This document shows, piece by piece, positions 1 to 7,851 of a stretch of 64,000 nucleotides of DNA. The DNA comes from a virus. The translations under genes were made by a program, and so were the position numbers. The stretch covers positions 7,536 to 71,535 of IMG/VR virus record IMGVR_UViG_3300038701_001167; one strand, 5' to 3'. The notes under the pieces are model-generated. The model was not told where the DNA came from and did not search any database. It was given only the letters and a program-made list of their open reading frames with translations. Every line of letters starts with the position of its first letter. Position 1 is the stretch's first letter.

Positions 1-30
1 CAGGTACTCGATAGGAGTGAAAGTCTGCAT
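1..30 (-). CDS. N4-like RNA polymerase II subunit 2 (gp16 homolog), 5' end only; gene runs off the window
   Basis: Reverse complement of 1-30 reads MQTFTPIEYL, close to the N4 gp16 N-terminus as recalled (MQTFTAREYL). AAGGA RBS upstream; lies downstream of the subunit 1 gene. Confidence 0.8.
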   Translation of the reverse strand, partial: MQTFTPIEYL

Positions 31-44
31 GGGATGTTCCTTGT

Positions 45-389
45 TTATGAGAAGAGGGATCTAGGCACTGGAGCTAACAAGAAGGATCTCACAGTTGGAT
101 ATCCTTCCAGAAGTGCTTGAGCTTTTGTGATGGCTTGGTTGATTTCGTCCCGGTGTTCATCAGGGGTTATTTGACCGAGATACGAATCGTAATACCACGC
201 ATCATGCATCCAGGTATCAAGCATGAGTGATTGTCGGAGAAGAGAGAGAACTTCTTTCATGGATGGTCGATAGATAACCTTCCATTGTTCTTTTTCAGTC
301 TGGATGTAGGCATTGATGCAGACTTGTTCAGCGTATTTTCTGATGAGAGGATGTGTGTCAACCAACCGCAGATGAGCAGTTTGTGTCAT
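45..389 (-). CDS. hypothetical protein (114 aa)
   Basis: Start moved to MTQTAHL, just after the stop of the upstream ORF at 400; tightly packed. Confidence 0.6.
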   Translation of the reverse strand: MTQTAHLRLVDTHPLIRKYAEQVCINAYIQTEKEQWKVIYRPSMKEVLSLLRQSLMLDTWMHDAWYYDSYLGQITPDEHRDEINQAITKAQALLEGYPTVRSFLLAPVPRSLFS

Positions 390-399
390 TGGATCCTTA

Positions 400-630
400 T
401 TAGATATCTGGTTCTGGTGGATGTCGAAGTTTGCGAGCAGGATTAAGATAAATCTTGGATCGATCTGCGATGAACTTTTCCTTGAGTTCCAAGATGTAGG
501 CATCACGAGCCAAGTCCTTACATATTCTTTGCGCGTGATCTCTGGCCACTTCTTTTGAAGAGAAGAACTTAAAGATGGGTTTAGTGCCATCCGGTTCTGT
601 AGTGACCACAGCGATATTTGAAAGAGCCAT
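400..630 (-). CDS. hypothetical protein (76 aa)
   Basis: ATG at 630 overlaps the TGA of 630..950 (TGATG coupling). Confidence 0.6.
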   Translation of the reverse strand: MALSNIAVVTTEPDGTKPIFKFFSSKEVARDHAQRICKDLARDAYILELKEKFIADRSKIYLNPARKLRHPPEPDI

Positions 631-950
631 CAAGGACATCCTTTTGAAACAGTGTTGGGGTGTTTGGACACGTCTTGGACATCGAAAGTTTCGGGTTGTG
701 GAACCACGAGTTGCATGTTCAGACAGGCCATGTTGTTTGCTTCTCCGTATTTGACATGACGTAGAATGATGAACCGAGCGAACTGACTTGGCCGACAAAT
801 GACTTGGAGGTCTTTGTCCCTGTTTGCGAGAACCAAGAGATGTGATCGATCGAGACCGAATACTTCGACAAGGCAATCAATGTACGCTTCACGCTTGAGG
901 TAACGTTCTGAAACTGTGAAGTGGACTCGATCATGAGACATTTTGGACAT
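630..950 (-). CDS. hypothetical protein (106 aa)
   Basis: ORF track; packed in the minus-strand operon. Confidence 0.65.
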   Translation of the reverse strand: MSKMSHDRVHFTVSERYLKREAYIDCLVEVFGLDRSHLLVLANRDKDLQVICRPSQFARFIILRHVKYGEANNMACLNMQLVVPQPETFDVQDVSKHPNTVSKGCP

Positions 951-953
951 GAG

Positions 954-1076
954 TTATTCTCCCTCATACTGCCATAAGACAGCGTTACAGTGAGCATGCA
1001 CGGCGCCGATTGTCATACCGGTGTCGTGGTTGTGGTGAAGATGGATGAGGCTGTCGAAGAAGTTGATTTCAGGCAT
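954..1076 (-). CDS. small His-rich hypothetical peptide (40 aa)
   Basis: MPEINFF...; overlaps the stop of 1069..1269 and exactly fills the gap to the next start at 950. Confidence 0.4.
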   Translation of the reverse strand: MPEINFFDSLIHLHHNHDTGMTIGAVHAHCNAVLWQYEGE

Positions 1077-1269
1077 AGAGAGCACTTTCGTAACCGTCAT
1101 TGCCTTTGACCACGTCTTCCTTGGTATAGACGTTACCGCACATCTCGACTTCATCTGGCCAATCATCCATGACTGATTCACCAAGATAGGCGTAAAGTTT
1201 TCCATCTTTCCTGCGCTGAGCTGCGAGATCAAAACCAGCGAGAAAGTGTTTTTTCATTTCTTCAGTCAT
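1069..1269 (-). CDS. hypothetical protein (66 aa)
   Basis: Start overlaps the RNAPII subunit 1 stop. Confidence 0.6.
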   Translation of the reverse strand: MTEEMKKHFLAGFDLAAQRRKDGKLYAYLGESVMDDWPDEVEMCGNVYTKEDVVKGNDGYESALYA

Positions 1270-2110
1270 TGAGTGGTTCTCCTTCTGCGAATTCGATTAC
1301 AGCTTTATTCCAGTCGTTACCTTGCGTAGTAACGTGATATCCCTGACAGTATGTCCGGCCACGCTTGTCGTACTTGTGAGTGAGCCAGAAGCGATTACCT
1401 GAGGCGATCAGTCCGTCGATCACATCTCGAGATGAAACATCATACTTCTTGAAGGCTTTCTGACGCTTCTTGAAGTCTTGGTAGAGTTCGTCCTTTTTCG
1501 GTTTGTCGAGGCGAGACCATTGGTTCTGTACGAAAGCCACCACATCTGGGTTCACAGACAAAGGGATGCTGTTCATCCGGTTTATGTGATCGAGACAAAT
1601 GTCTTCGTCGTGGTGGTTGTTCTTGAGTAAGAGTGAGCCAGGGATCGTCTGGTAACCAGTCTCCTTGTTGTTGGTGACTGGCTCAGGGTGCTCAATCATT
1701 GGCAGTGGATACTGGAACTGATCTAGTTGCTGCTGCTCCTCTTTCTGGATGTCGTGCTCGACGATGAAGACCATCATCTGAGCACCGAAGTTTACAGCAT
1801 CCACATCGACTGCCTGACAGAGCATGTCCGTACATTGCTGGACAGCTGAGGCTTCATCTGTGTCAGTGAAGTGGTGACGCAGAATGCCCACCAGAGTTAC
1901 GATGTTGGCTCGCTTGCACAGCATCATGTGAGAGAGAAGTTGGATACCAAACTCGACTGGGAGACCTAGTTCTTTGAGGGTTTCAGGATAGCCACGATCT
2001 TCACAAATCTGACGAAGGAAGGGCATCACTTGGTGCTTGGAGAAGAGACTTTCGAGCTCCTTCTGAGAGGAGAAATCCGCGGTATTTTGGGGGGTTTTAC
2101 GGTCCTGCAT
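1262..2110 (-). CDS. N4-like RNA polymerase II subunit 1 (gp15 homolog)
   Basis: C-terminal LTHKYDKRGRTYCQGYH carries the T7-type DxRGR motif; size and position match N4 gp15. Confidence 0.9.
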   Translation of the reverse strand: MQDRKTPQNTADFSSQKELESLFSKHQVMPFLRQICEDRGYPETLKELGLPVEFGIQLLSHMMLCKRANIVTLVGILRHHFTDTDEASAVQQCTDMLCQAVDVDAVNFGAQMMVFIVEHDIQKEEQQQLDQFQYPLPMIEHPEPVTNNKETGYQTIPGSLLLKNNHHDEDICLDHINRMNSIPLSVNPDVVAFVQNQWSRLDKPKKDELYQDFKKRQKAFKKYDVSSRDVIDGLIASGNRFWLTHKYDKRGRTYCQGYHVTTQGNDWNKAVIEFAEGEPLND

Positions 2111-2215
2111 GAGTGCTCCAGTGTCTTAGATGTTCTTTAGCCATCTGAGGAGTTTTTTGAGTGATTTAGGTTTTAGCCGGTCAACTCGAGAGTTGAACTT
2201 TCCAACTTGGAAAGA

Positions 2216-2228
2216 CTGTCGAAGACAG
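2216..2228 (+). promoter_or_regulatory. candidate vRNAP hairpin promoter for the RNAPII genes (template on + strand, leftward transcription)
   Basis: CTGTC-GAA-GACAG: 5-bp stem with C-GNA-G triloop, about 105 nt upstream of subunit 1. Lacks the CCAATGG flank of the two stronger copies. Confidence 0.4.
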
Positions 2229-2385
2229 CACAAAACAAGTATGGACAAACCAAGCCACTGCCTTCGTAGAAGGCACAAATACTATCTAAAGATACTTTTG
2301 TTGCTCAAGAGTATAGACTCTCTTGTCAACTCTTTCACCTAATGGCTACCTAAGGCATGAGTTGAAACTGCTTGGTGAAACTTAA

Positions 2386-2415
2386 AGTCCCACTCAGCTT
2401 GCGCTGAATGGGACT
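2386..2415 (-). terminator. intrinsic terminator after the gp2-like gene
   Basis: AGTCCCA..TCAGC/GCTGA..TGGGACT stem followed by TTT on the minus strand. Confidence 0.6.
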
Positions 2416-2448
2416 GAGTCTGTGAGAAGAGGGTTTTGTTGAGCTGAC

Positions 2449-2856
2449 TTAGGCTGCTTTCTTAGTGAAACCGAGGCGGCTCAGGTTGGAGAGATGTGGA
2501 TTCCGATCTGACGGACCTTCTTCTTGTGCTGCCTCATCTACCCGACGAACCTGAATCTGCAGGGTTTCGATGATCTCTGTCTGACCCGGTTCCATACCGG
2601 CAATCAGTTTCTGCAGCTGGTCTAGCAGTTCGTTCTTGGCAATCGTCATGTCTCGATAGTCGCTGTCCTTATTAGGGACATTGGAAGGTTTCATGGTATC
2701 AATCGCCAGACCGAGAGGCAGGCTGATAAACACATCATCACCATTCGAGTCAGTCGAGGTGAAGCCAATGTTCAACCACGACTGTGTCTTCTCACGTTCC
2801 TGACCGTTGTTGTTGTTGGAGCGTGTGTTCTGTTCGTTTGTTTTGTTCCAAGCCAT
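2449..2856 (-). CDS. N4 gp2-like ssDNA-binding activator of RNAPII
   Basis: WLNIGF...FISLPLGLAIDT...KNELLDQL...EPGQTEII..LQIQVRRV matches the N4 gp2 pattern as recalled; start moved to MAWNK. Confidence 0.85.
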   Translation of the reverse strand: MAWNKTNEQNTRSNNNNGQEREKTQSWLNIGFTSTDSNGDDVFISLPLGLAIDTMKPSNVPNKDSDYRDMTIAKNELLDQLQKLIAGMEPGQTEIIETLQIQVRRVDEAAQEEGPSDRNPHLSNLSRLGFTKKAA

Positions 2857-3113
2857 GATGAGTTCCTTTTTCGTTGGCGTGATTGGAAGGGTTGACTGTA
2901 TCCGACTACAACCATTGGCATCGTAGATGCCAGTTTTGTAAAGGGTGAAATTGTCCTTCACTCAAGAGTAATTAACTCCATAAAAACAATCTGTTAGGTT
3001 ATCTGAGTGAGGAGTATCTTGGATTGTATCTAGGTGATTGTACCGAGGAAGTATGTAAGCTAGACACAACCTGCAAGAGCAAAACTACACCAGTTAATAC
3101 AGTTACCCTTTAG

Positions 3114-3242
3114 TCAGTTTATGACCAAGAAGTAGAGACAGACCCAAGCACAGACAGTCGCCACGAAGGCGAATATGGTCTTGTCCTCGAGGTCGATCTG
3201 GTTGAGTTCGTCGATTAGAAAGTCAGTCAGTTTGGTGAGCAT
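3114..3242 (-). CDS. small membrane protein (42 aa)
   Basis: MLTKLTDF...IFAFVATVCAWVCLYFLVIN; AAAGGA RBS; below the ORF-track cutoff. Confidence 0.55.
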   Translation of the reverse strand: MLTKLTDFLIDELNQIDLEDKTIFAFVATVCAWVCLYFLVIN

Positions 3243-3280
3243 GGCTCTATCCTTTCTGATTTGGTGTGGTGTGGTGTGAA

Positions 3281-3302
3281 GAGTGAGCCTTCGGGCTCAC
3301 TC
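3281..3302. terminator. 9-bp stem-loop overlapping the stop of 3297..3671
   Basis: GAGTGAGCC-TTCG-GGCTCACTC. Confidence 0.55.
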
Positions 3303-3671
3303 AGCGTTGACGAGAGGATGAAGCTCGGCAGGCTTCATCACGCGGTTCATGAGATTCGCATCATAGAAGTCTTTCGCTTCCCTTAATCCACATCCTGTGA
3401 TCTTACGAATAAGCTTGATCCTGTTGATAGGGCCAAATGTACCGTAGGTTAGGCCGTAGAGCTCTTCCAGTGAGATGATTGGGACCGGACGACTGTTCTC
3501 ACGAACAAGCTCATCCAACTGCGCTTGTAGGTCTGTGATCTGTGTCTGTAAGGTACAAATCTGGTGATGTAGATCATCATTGTATTCAGCCAGACAGATG
3601 TTGCGTTGAGTGAGATTCTCGATCTGTTTGATCTGGTTCTCAATGATGACAGTCATGACGGATTTCTTCAT
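3297..3671 (-). CDS. coiled-coil protein with a C-terminal ribosomal protein bL12 (L7/L12)-like domain
   Basis: NRIKLIRKITGCGLREAKDFYD resembles the bL12 C-terminal motif (AIKxVRxxTGLGLKEAKDLVE). Confidence 0.7.
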   Translation of the reverse strand: MKKSVMTVIIENQIKQIENLTQRNICLAEYNDDLHHQICTLQTQITDLQAQLDELVRENSRPVPIISLEELYGLTYGTFGPINRIKLIRKITGCGLREAKDFYDANLMNRVMKPAELHPLVNAE

Positions 3672-3675
3672 TGGT

Positions 3676-3906
3676 TCAGTCCTTTCTAAGAAGGGTTTCC
3701 ATTTCGTTACAGAAGCGAGATCGAGCTTCGATCACCTGTTCTGCTATGTGTTTGGGAACACGTTGGATGATGTCCTGATCAGAGTCAGCGATATCAACAG
3801 TCCCATCAGGATGCTCACCGAAGATCATCCAATGATTAAACATGGTTGTCTCTCCGGTGAGATACTTGATCTTGTGTGGAGCTGGGTACTGAATGGGAAG
3901 CTGCAT
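3676..3906 (-). CDS. hypothetical early protein (76 aa)
   Basis: AAGGA-TCTGAACCA-ATG start at 3906. Confidence 0.6.
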   Translation of the reverse strand: MQLPIQYPAPHKIKYLTGETTMFNHWMIFGEHPDGTVDIADSDQDIIQRVPKHIAEQVIEARSRFCNEMETLLRKD

Positions 3907-3923
3907 TGGTTCAGATCCTTGGT

Positions 3924-3998
3924 TTACAGTGCTGAGAGGATGGGTGTGATGACAGCGAAGAGGATCATCCAGAAGGCGCAAGTGATGTAAAGTTTCAT
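3924..3998 (-). CDS. small hydrophobic peptide (24 aa)
   Basis: MKLYITCAFWMILFAVITPILSAL; same CTGAACCA-ATG initiation context as its neighbours. Confidence 0.45.
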   Translation of the reverse strand: MKLYITCAFWMILFAVITPILSAL

Positions 3999-4033
3999 TG
4001 GTTCAGTCTTTCTCTATCAGGTTGAAGTAAGAA

Positions 4034-4049
4034 CAGGCCTTATGGCCTG
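4034..4049 (-). terminator. short stem-loop, possible terminator
   Basis: CAGGCC-TTAT-GGCCTG followed by TTCTT on the minus strand. Confidence 0.4.
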
Positions 4050-4068
4050 CTCATGTTATGAGGTTCAA

Positions 4069-4227
4069 TCAGGCAGCCAGCCTGAGCTGTTCCTGAAGAT
4101 CGAAGTATTGCTGAGTGAGTTGTTCAGCACGGTGATCACTGATGACCGGATTGCTGAGGTACGAGAGCAACGCAGCAGACTTGGCTTTGATCTGAGCTGC
4201 AGTTGTGTTGTTGCTACGTGTGGACAT
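4069..4227 (-). CDS. early protein (52 aa), first gene after a hairpin promoter
   Basis: MSTRSNNTTAAQIKAK...; GGAGG RBS. Confidence 0.6.
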   Translation of the reverse strand: MSTRSNNTTAAQIKAKSAALLSYLSNPVISDHRAEQLTQQYFDLQEQLRLAA

Positions 4228-4248
4228 GAGAGCCTCCATTGATTTGAT

Positions 4249-4268
4249 TCCAATGGAGCCGTAGGCTC
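4249..4268 (+). promoter_or_regulatory. N4-type vRNAP hairpin promoter (template on + strand, leftward transcription)
   Basis: TCCAATG-GAGCC-GTA-GGCTC: C-GNA-G triloop hairpin with a CC start site at N4-like spacing; near-identical copy at 5084. Confidence 0.75.
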
Positions 4269-4651
4269 TGCCTACCTAAAACATAGAGATCGCACTCCTG
4301 AAGCAACTGAGAGAGTCTCAGGTACAATTCAGGTATGCTCACACACAGGGAGTTACACGACTGTGTTCCTACTCAAGTTCAACTTCATATCTACTTTTGG
4401 AGATGTGTTGACAAAGAGAGTGTGACGTAGAGGAATGTTTAGGGTGATTGTAGTGGTTTAGGTGAGGGAAGTGAGTGTTTAGGAGATGAGACCCTTGAGA
4501 TAGATGTTAGCTAGATTAGAGTGTTTTACAGCATTATTCTCCACCATTTACTCTATATGTTCGAAGATTCTTCGAATGGTTCAGACATAAGTGGGAGATT
4601 CTCCCATCTCTATCATCTCTATCAGAGAGAGTGTTGAGTGTTATTGTATTA

Positions 4652-4677
4652 GGCTCCCACCCCGAAGGATGAGAGCC
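4652..4677 (-). terminator. terminator after 4683..5048
   Basis: Minus-strand RNA GGCUCUCAUCC-UUCG-GGGUGGGAGCC, directly after the stop codon. Confidence 0.6.
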
Positions 4678-4682
4678 ATAGT

Positions 4683-5048
4683 TTATTCAGCAGCGATCTT
4701 GGTGACGTTGGTTGTGCCTTTGTATTCGGCATAGGCAGAACGGTAGCGAGAGAGGGAAGCCTCATAGTGGGACTTGAGGCGAGGATTGCCATCGAGTTGT
4801 TTGTCGAGGTCTTCATAGAAGGCAGCGTCATCGACAGCCTTTTGGTGGAAGCGACGTTCGAGAGCATCTTCTTTGTCAGCGATCATGCCGATAGCTGTGC
4901 GTTCACGGTAGTGCTCAGCGTGCATGGTGAGAGTGGATGCGTATGTTGCAGCAGCTGTAGCCACAGTCTCAAGAGCCATTGCTGATGAGGTGACAACACC
5001 AAGAGTGGAAGTAGCAGTGCGAGTAGCAGCGGTAAGTACGTTAGCCAT
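4683..5048 (-). CDS. early hypothetical protein (121 aa)
   Basis: GGAG RBS; immediately downstream of the hairpin promoter at 5084-5101. Confidence 0.75.
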   Translation of the reverse strand: MANVLTAATRTATSTLGVVTSSAMALETVATAAATYASTLTMHAEHYRERTAIGMIADKEDALERRFHQKAVDDAAFYEDLDKQLDGNPRLKSHYEASLSRYRSAYAEYKGTTNVTKIAAE

Positions 5049-5083
5049 GAGTTAACTCCATTGATTGATTGACGGTAGGTATA

Positions 5084-5101
5084 CCAATGGGGCCGTAGGC
5101 C
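5084..5101 (+). promoter_or_regulatory. N4-type vRNAP hairpin promoter (template on + strand, leftward transcription)
   Basis: CCAATGG-GGCC-GTA-GGCC; shares CCAATGG(A/G)GCCGTAGGC with 4250-4266. Confidence 0.7.
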
Positions 5102-5256
5102 AGTATCTCACAGAGAACATACCGGGGGGGTATCTCTCCTAGTGTTAGTCGAGTGTTATAGTAGTACAATCGGAAGTAACTATGAAAAATTCCCTATAGG
5201 CGGCTTACCTTAGGGAATCTCCATCTACGAACTTCACAAAAAATATGCTGAGAATT

Positions 5257-5436
5257 TTAGCTATCAGGGCCTCCGTGATCTCCACCTCTGATGCCTGAAC
5301 TCTTACCGTAGGCAATCCGATATACTATCCAGGAACCAATGCCTAAGACGGCTGCAATCCAACCAACAAACAAAGAACCAACACCCACAAGAACAGTGAG
5401 TGCAATGATCGACCAGACAAGATCTTTGGTGTTCAT
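5257..5436 (-). CDS. small membrane protein (59 aa)
   Basis: MNTKDLVWSIIALTVLVGVGSLFVGWIAAVLGIGSWIVYR...; AAAGGA RBS; below the ORF-track cutoff. Confidence 0.6.
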   Translation of the reverse strand: MNTKDLVWSIIALTVLVGVGSLFVGWIAAVLGIGSWIVYRIAYGKSSGIRGGDHGGPDS

Positions 5437-5549
5437 AGTGTAAGTTATCCTTTCATAAACAGCACTAATTTGGTGAACCAGAAGTCAGTTTCTTGACTTA
5501 CATACTCGCGCGTGGTTATACAGTTATAATCCCTATATAAACAGTTCCA

Positions 5550-5610
5550 GATAATAAGATCTTTCGAGGAGAAAGGGCGGAGCCCTTTGACGAAGGAAGA
5601 TCTTATTATC
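5550..5610. repeat. 14-bp perfect inverted repeat enclosing a C-GGA-G triloop hairpin
   Basis: GATAATAAGATCTT ... AAAGGGC-GGA-GCCCTTT ... AAGATCTTATTATC. Confidence 0.9.
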
Positions 5611-5716
5611 GTCTTATATTATATATAAGAGACCTAAGCCCAACCTAAAGGGTTCCTTACATCAAGTGCAAGCAGATAGGCGTCAAAGAGAAACAACTCT
5701 TTGAGGTTCTAAACAC

Positions 5717-5941
5717 ATGCTGACTGTAAAGATTAACACTGGGAAAAGTGTTCGCACGTTCCAGAATGTATTAACCTTCATTGAAACCAAGGCGTTCATG
5801 CAGGTGATATGGGACGATGGACCCAACACACATCACTCACTTGTCCCGATCAATGACATCGCTGGAGTAGAGATCATTGATGACAACGAAGATATGCAAG
5901 GTGAAGAACTTGGTTCGACAGGGAAGGTGGTGTTTCAATGA
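5717..5941 (+). CDS. hypothetical protein (74 aa)
   Basis: GAGG RBS; ATGA overlap with the next gene. Confidence 0.7.
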   Translation: MLTVKINTGKSVRTFQNVLTFIETKAFMQVIWDDGPNTHHSLVPINDIAGVEIIDDNEDMQGEELGSTGKVVFQ

Positions 5942-6624
5942 TCACCGTCGACGAACTCGAGGTCTGTCTCCCGGCCAATATCAAATCTGCTGCAACCCAA
6001 GAGCTGGCTGACAAGATCAATCAACTGGCTCAGGATCCGGATGTTGCAGAGCAGATCACCCGGAACTTCGTGACACTGACTTCAGTGCTGCGAGAGGGGA
6101 AGTACAAGCTCGATGACTACCTGCATGCTGTGCATTACGTGTCGTTCAAGCTGATGGGCATGACCAACAAAGATGCCTACATGTACACCTTCCCTCAGAG
6201 GTATCAGAAGCTACAGGCACGGGGAGCCAGTGAGAAGGATATCTCGGCTTACGTGGCCGGCTACAGTAAGGGTAAGTTGGTAGGGGCATTGCTTGAACAG
6301 GCTGCCATTCCTGTCTGGGTATTGAACCAGGGAGTGTATCAGGAAGCGATCAACCGTCAGGCTTACCTCATGCAGCATGCTGACAGTGAGAAGGTCCAGA
6401 CAGAGGCTGCCAACTCTTTGCTGACACATCTCAAGCGCCCTGAGACCAAACAGGTCGAGCTGTCGTTGGAAGTCGGTGAAACCGATAACATGCGAAGCAT
6501 GAAAGACATGCTTGTGAAGATGGCTGAAACACAACAGCAGCTGATCCAACAAGGGGTCAATACTCGCAAGATTGCTCATCAAAAGATGGGTGAAATGATC
6601 GATATCACGCCTGAAGAGGCGTGA
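5938..6624 (+). CDS. N4 gp69 homolog (putative terminase small subunit)
   Basis: GKYKLDDYLHAVHYVSFKLMG..NKDAY..TFPQRY and VQTEAANSLLTHLKRPE are typical of gp69; lies upstream of TerL. Confidence 0.8.
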   Translation: MITVDELEVCLPANIKSAATQELADKINQLAQDPDVAEQITRNFVTLTSVLREGKYKLDDYLHAVHYVSFKLMGMTNKDAYMYTFPQRYQKLQARGASEKDISAYVAGYSKGKLVGALLEQAAIPVWVLNQGVYQEAINRQAYLMQHADSEKVQTEAANSLLTHLKRPETKQVELSLEVGETDNMRSMKDMLVKMAETQQQLIQQGVNTRKIAHQKMGEMIDITPEEA

Positions 6625-6696
6625 GCGGTTGCTGACGTTGTGGTGTGCATGGTTCTGATCACACCAAAGCACACCACATCAAAGGGCAAGTTGCTC

Positions 6697-7851
6697 ATGC
6701 AAACCAATGATATCTTGAGAGAGCAGGCGACTTGTCTTGCTTTGAAAGAGCAAGGTCACACACGTGCAGAGATTGCCGAAGCAACAGGGCTCAGTTTTGC
6801 TCAAGTTGCTCGGCGTCTCAGCGGAGCAGCTAAAGCCGCTCGCCTCGACCCATCACTCAAACATAGGCTAGAGGAGAAGGGGATTACGGACTTTGCCGGA
6901 CTGCATTCAGGCTGGCTACTTGAAAAGGATCAATATGGTTCCGGATCCTCCCTCTATTTCTACCTCGGGCCAGACGAAGAAAAGATCGACTTTGTTGATG
7001 CCCTGACAGAAGTCCTTTCTGACATTACCAAACTACCGCCAATCCCTGAACCAGCTTACAGTGTTGCCACCCAAGATTATTGCAACTGGCTCTTTCTGGC
7101 TGATCTACACATTGGTGGGGATTACGGAGACAGTCGTCAGACTGAAGATTTCATTGTCTGTATTGATGATTTGGTACGCCGTATGCCACTGGCTCAGAAA
7201 GCAGTGCTGTGTGAGCTGGGTGATCTTCTGGATGCCAATGACCATAAGGGTGTCACACCAGCGTCAGGCAACCCCACAGACACAATCCGCGATGGCCATC
7301 TACAAAATACGATGGAGGCTATCCGGCTGCTGAAATACGCATCCTATCGGTTGCTGGAAAAGCATGAAGAAGTCGAGCTTCACCTGATCCGAGGGAACCA
7401 TGATGAGACTGCCTTCTACGCAGTTCTCTTGGCTCTCCAAGAACACTTCCGGGAAAATCCCCGTCTGAAGGTGTTCGTACCTACCTGCCCTGAAGAAGAA
7501 GAGTTCCGTGTGATCTCTTGGGGCAACTGTGCCTTCCTGCCTCACCATGGTGACAAGGCAAAGCCTGAAGGTCTGAAGGAAGTCTTCACTGATCAGTTCC
7601 CTGACGAGTTTGCCGCGGCGAAAGCCTACCGGCTTATCGCCACTGGCCACCTTCACAATCTGAAAGTCCAAAGCCTGGGAGCGGTAGAGCACCGCCAGTT
7701 CAGCACAATCCACCGTCCCAATCGCTGGGCTCGGATGAAGGGTTTTTTCAACCATGGCCGACTCTCAGTCCTCACCGTCCACAAGACCTTGGGTCTGCAG
7801 GACGAAACCATGTCGAACATCACACCAATGCTGCGGGGAAAAGTCCAATGA
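6697..7851 (+). CDS. N-terminal HTH fused to a calcineurin-like metallophosphoesterase
   Basis: HTH-like GHTRAEIAEATGLSFAQVARRL; motifs ADLHIG, GDLLD, RGNHD, HHGD, GHLH. Confidence 0.8.
   Translation: MQTNDILREQATCLALKEQGHTRAEIAEATGLSFAQVARRLSGAAKAARLDPSLKHRLEEKGITDFAGLHSGWLLEKDQYGSGSSLYFYLGPDEEKIDFVDALTEVLSDITKLPPIPEPAYSVATQDYCNWLFLADLHIGGDYGDSRQTEDFIVCIDDLVRRMPLAQKAVLCELGDLLDANDHKGVTPASGNPTDTIRDGHLQNTMEAIRLLKYASYRLLEKHEEVELHLIRGNHDETAFYAVLLALQEHFRENPRLKVFVPTCPEEEEFRVISWGNCAFLPHHGDKAKPEGLKEVFTDQFPDEFAAAKAYRLIATGHLHNLKVQSLGAVEHRQFSTIHRPNRWARMKGFFNHGRLSVLTVHKTLGLQDETMSNITPMLRGKVQ

Noticed and set aside
2130-2342. Plus-strand 70-aa ORF upstream of RNAPII subunit 1
   Set aside because: It opposes the local direction of transcription and overlaps tandem hairpins that are more likely regulatory.
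5550-5610. Protelomerase (telRL) site of a linear N15-like plasmid
   Set aside because: The arms flank a 33-nt non-palindromic centre and no protelomerase gene is seen.
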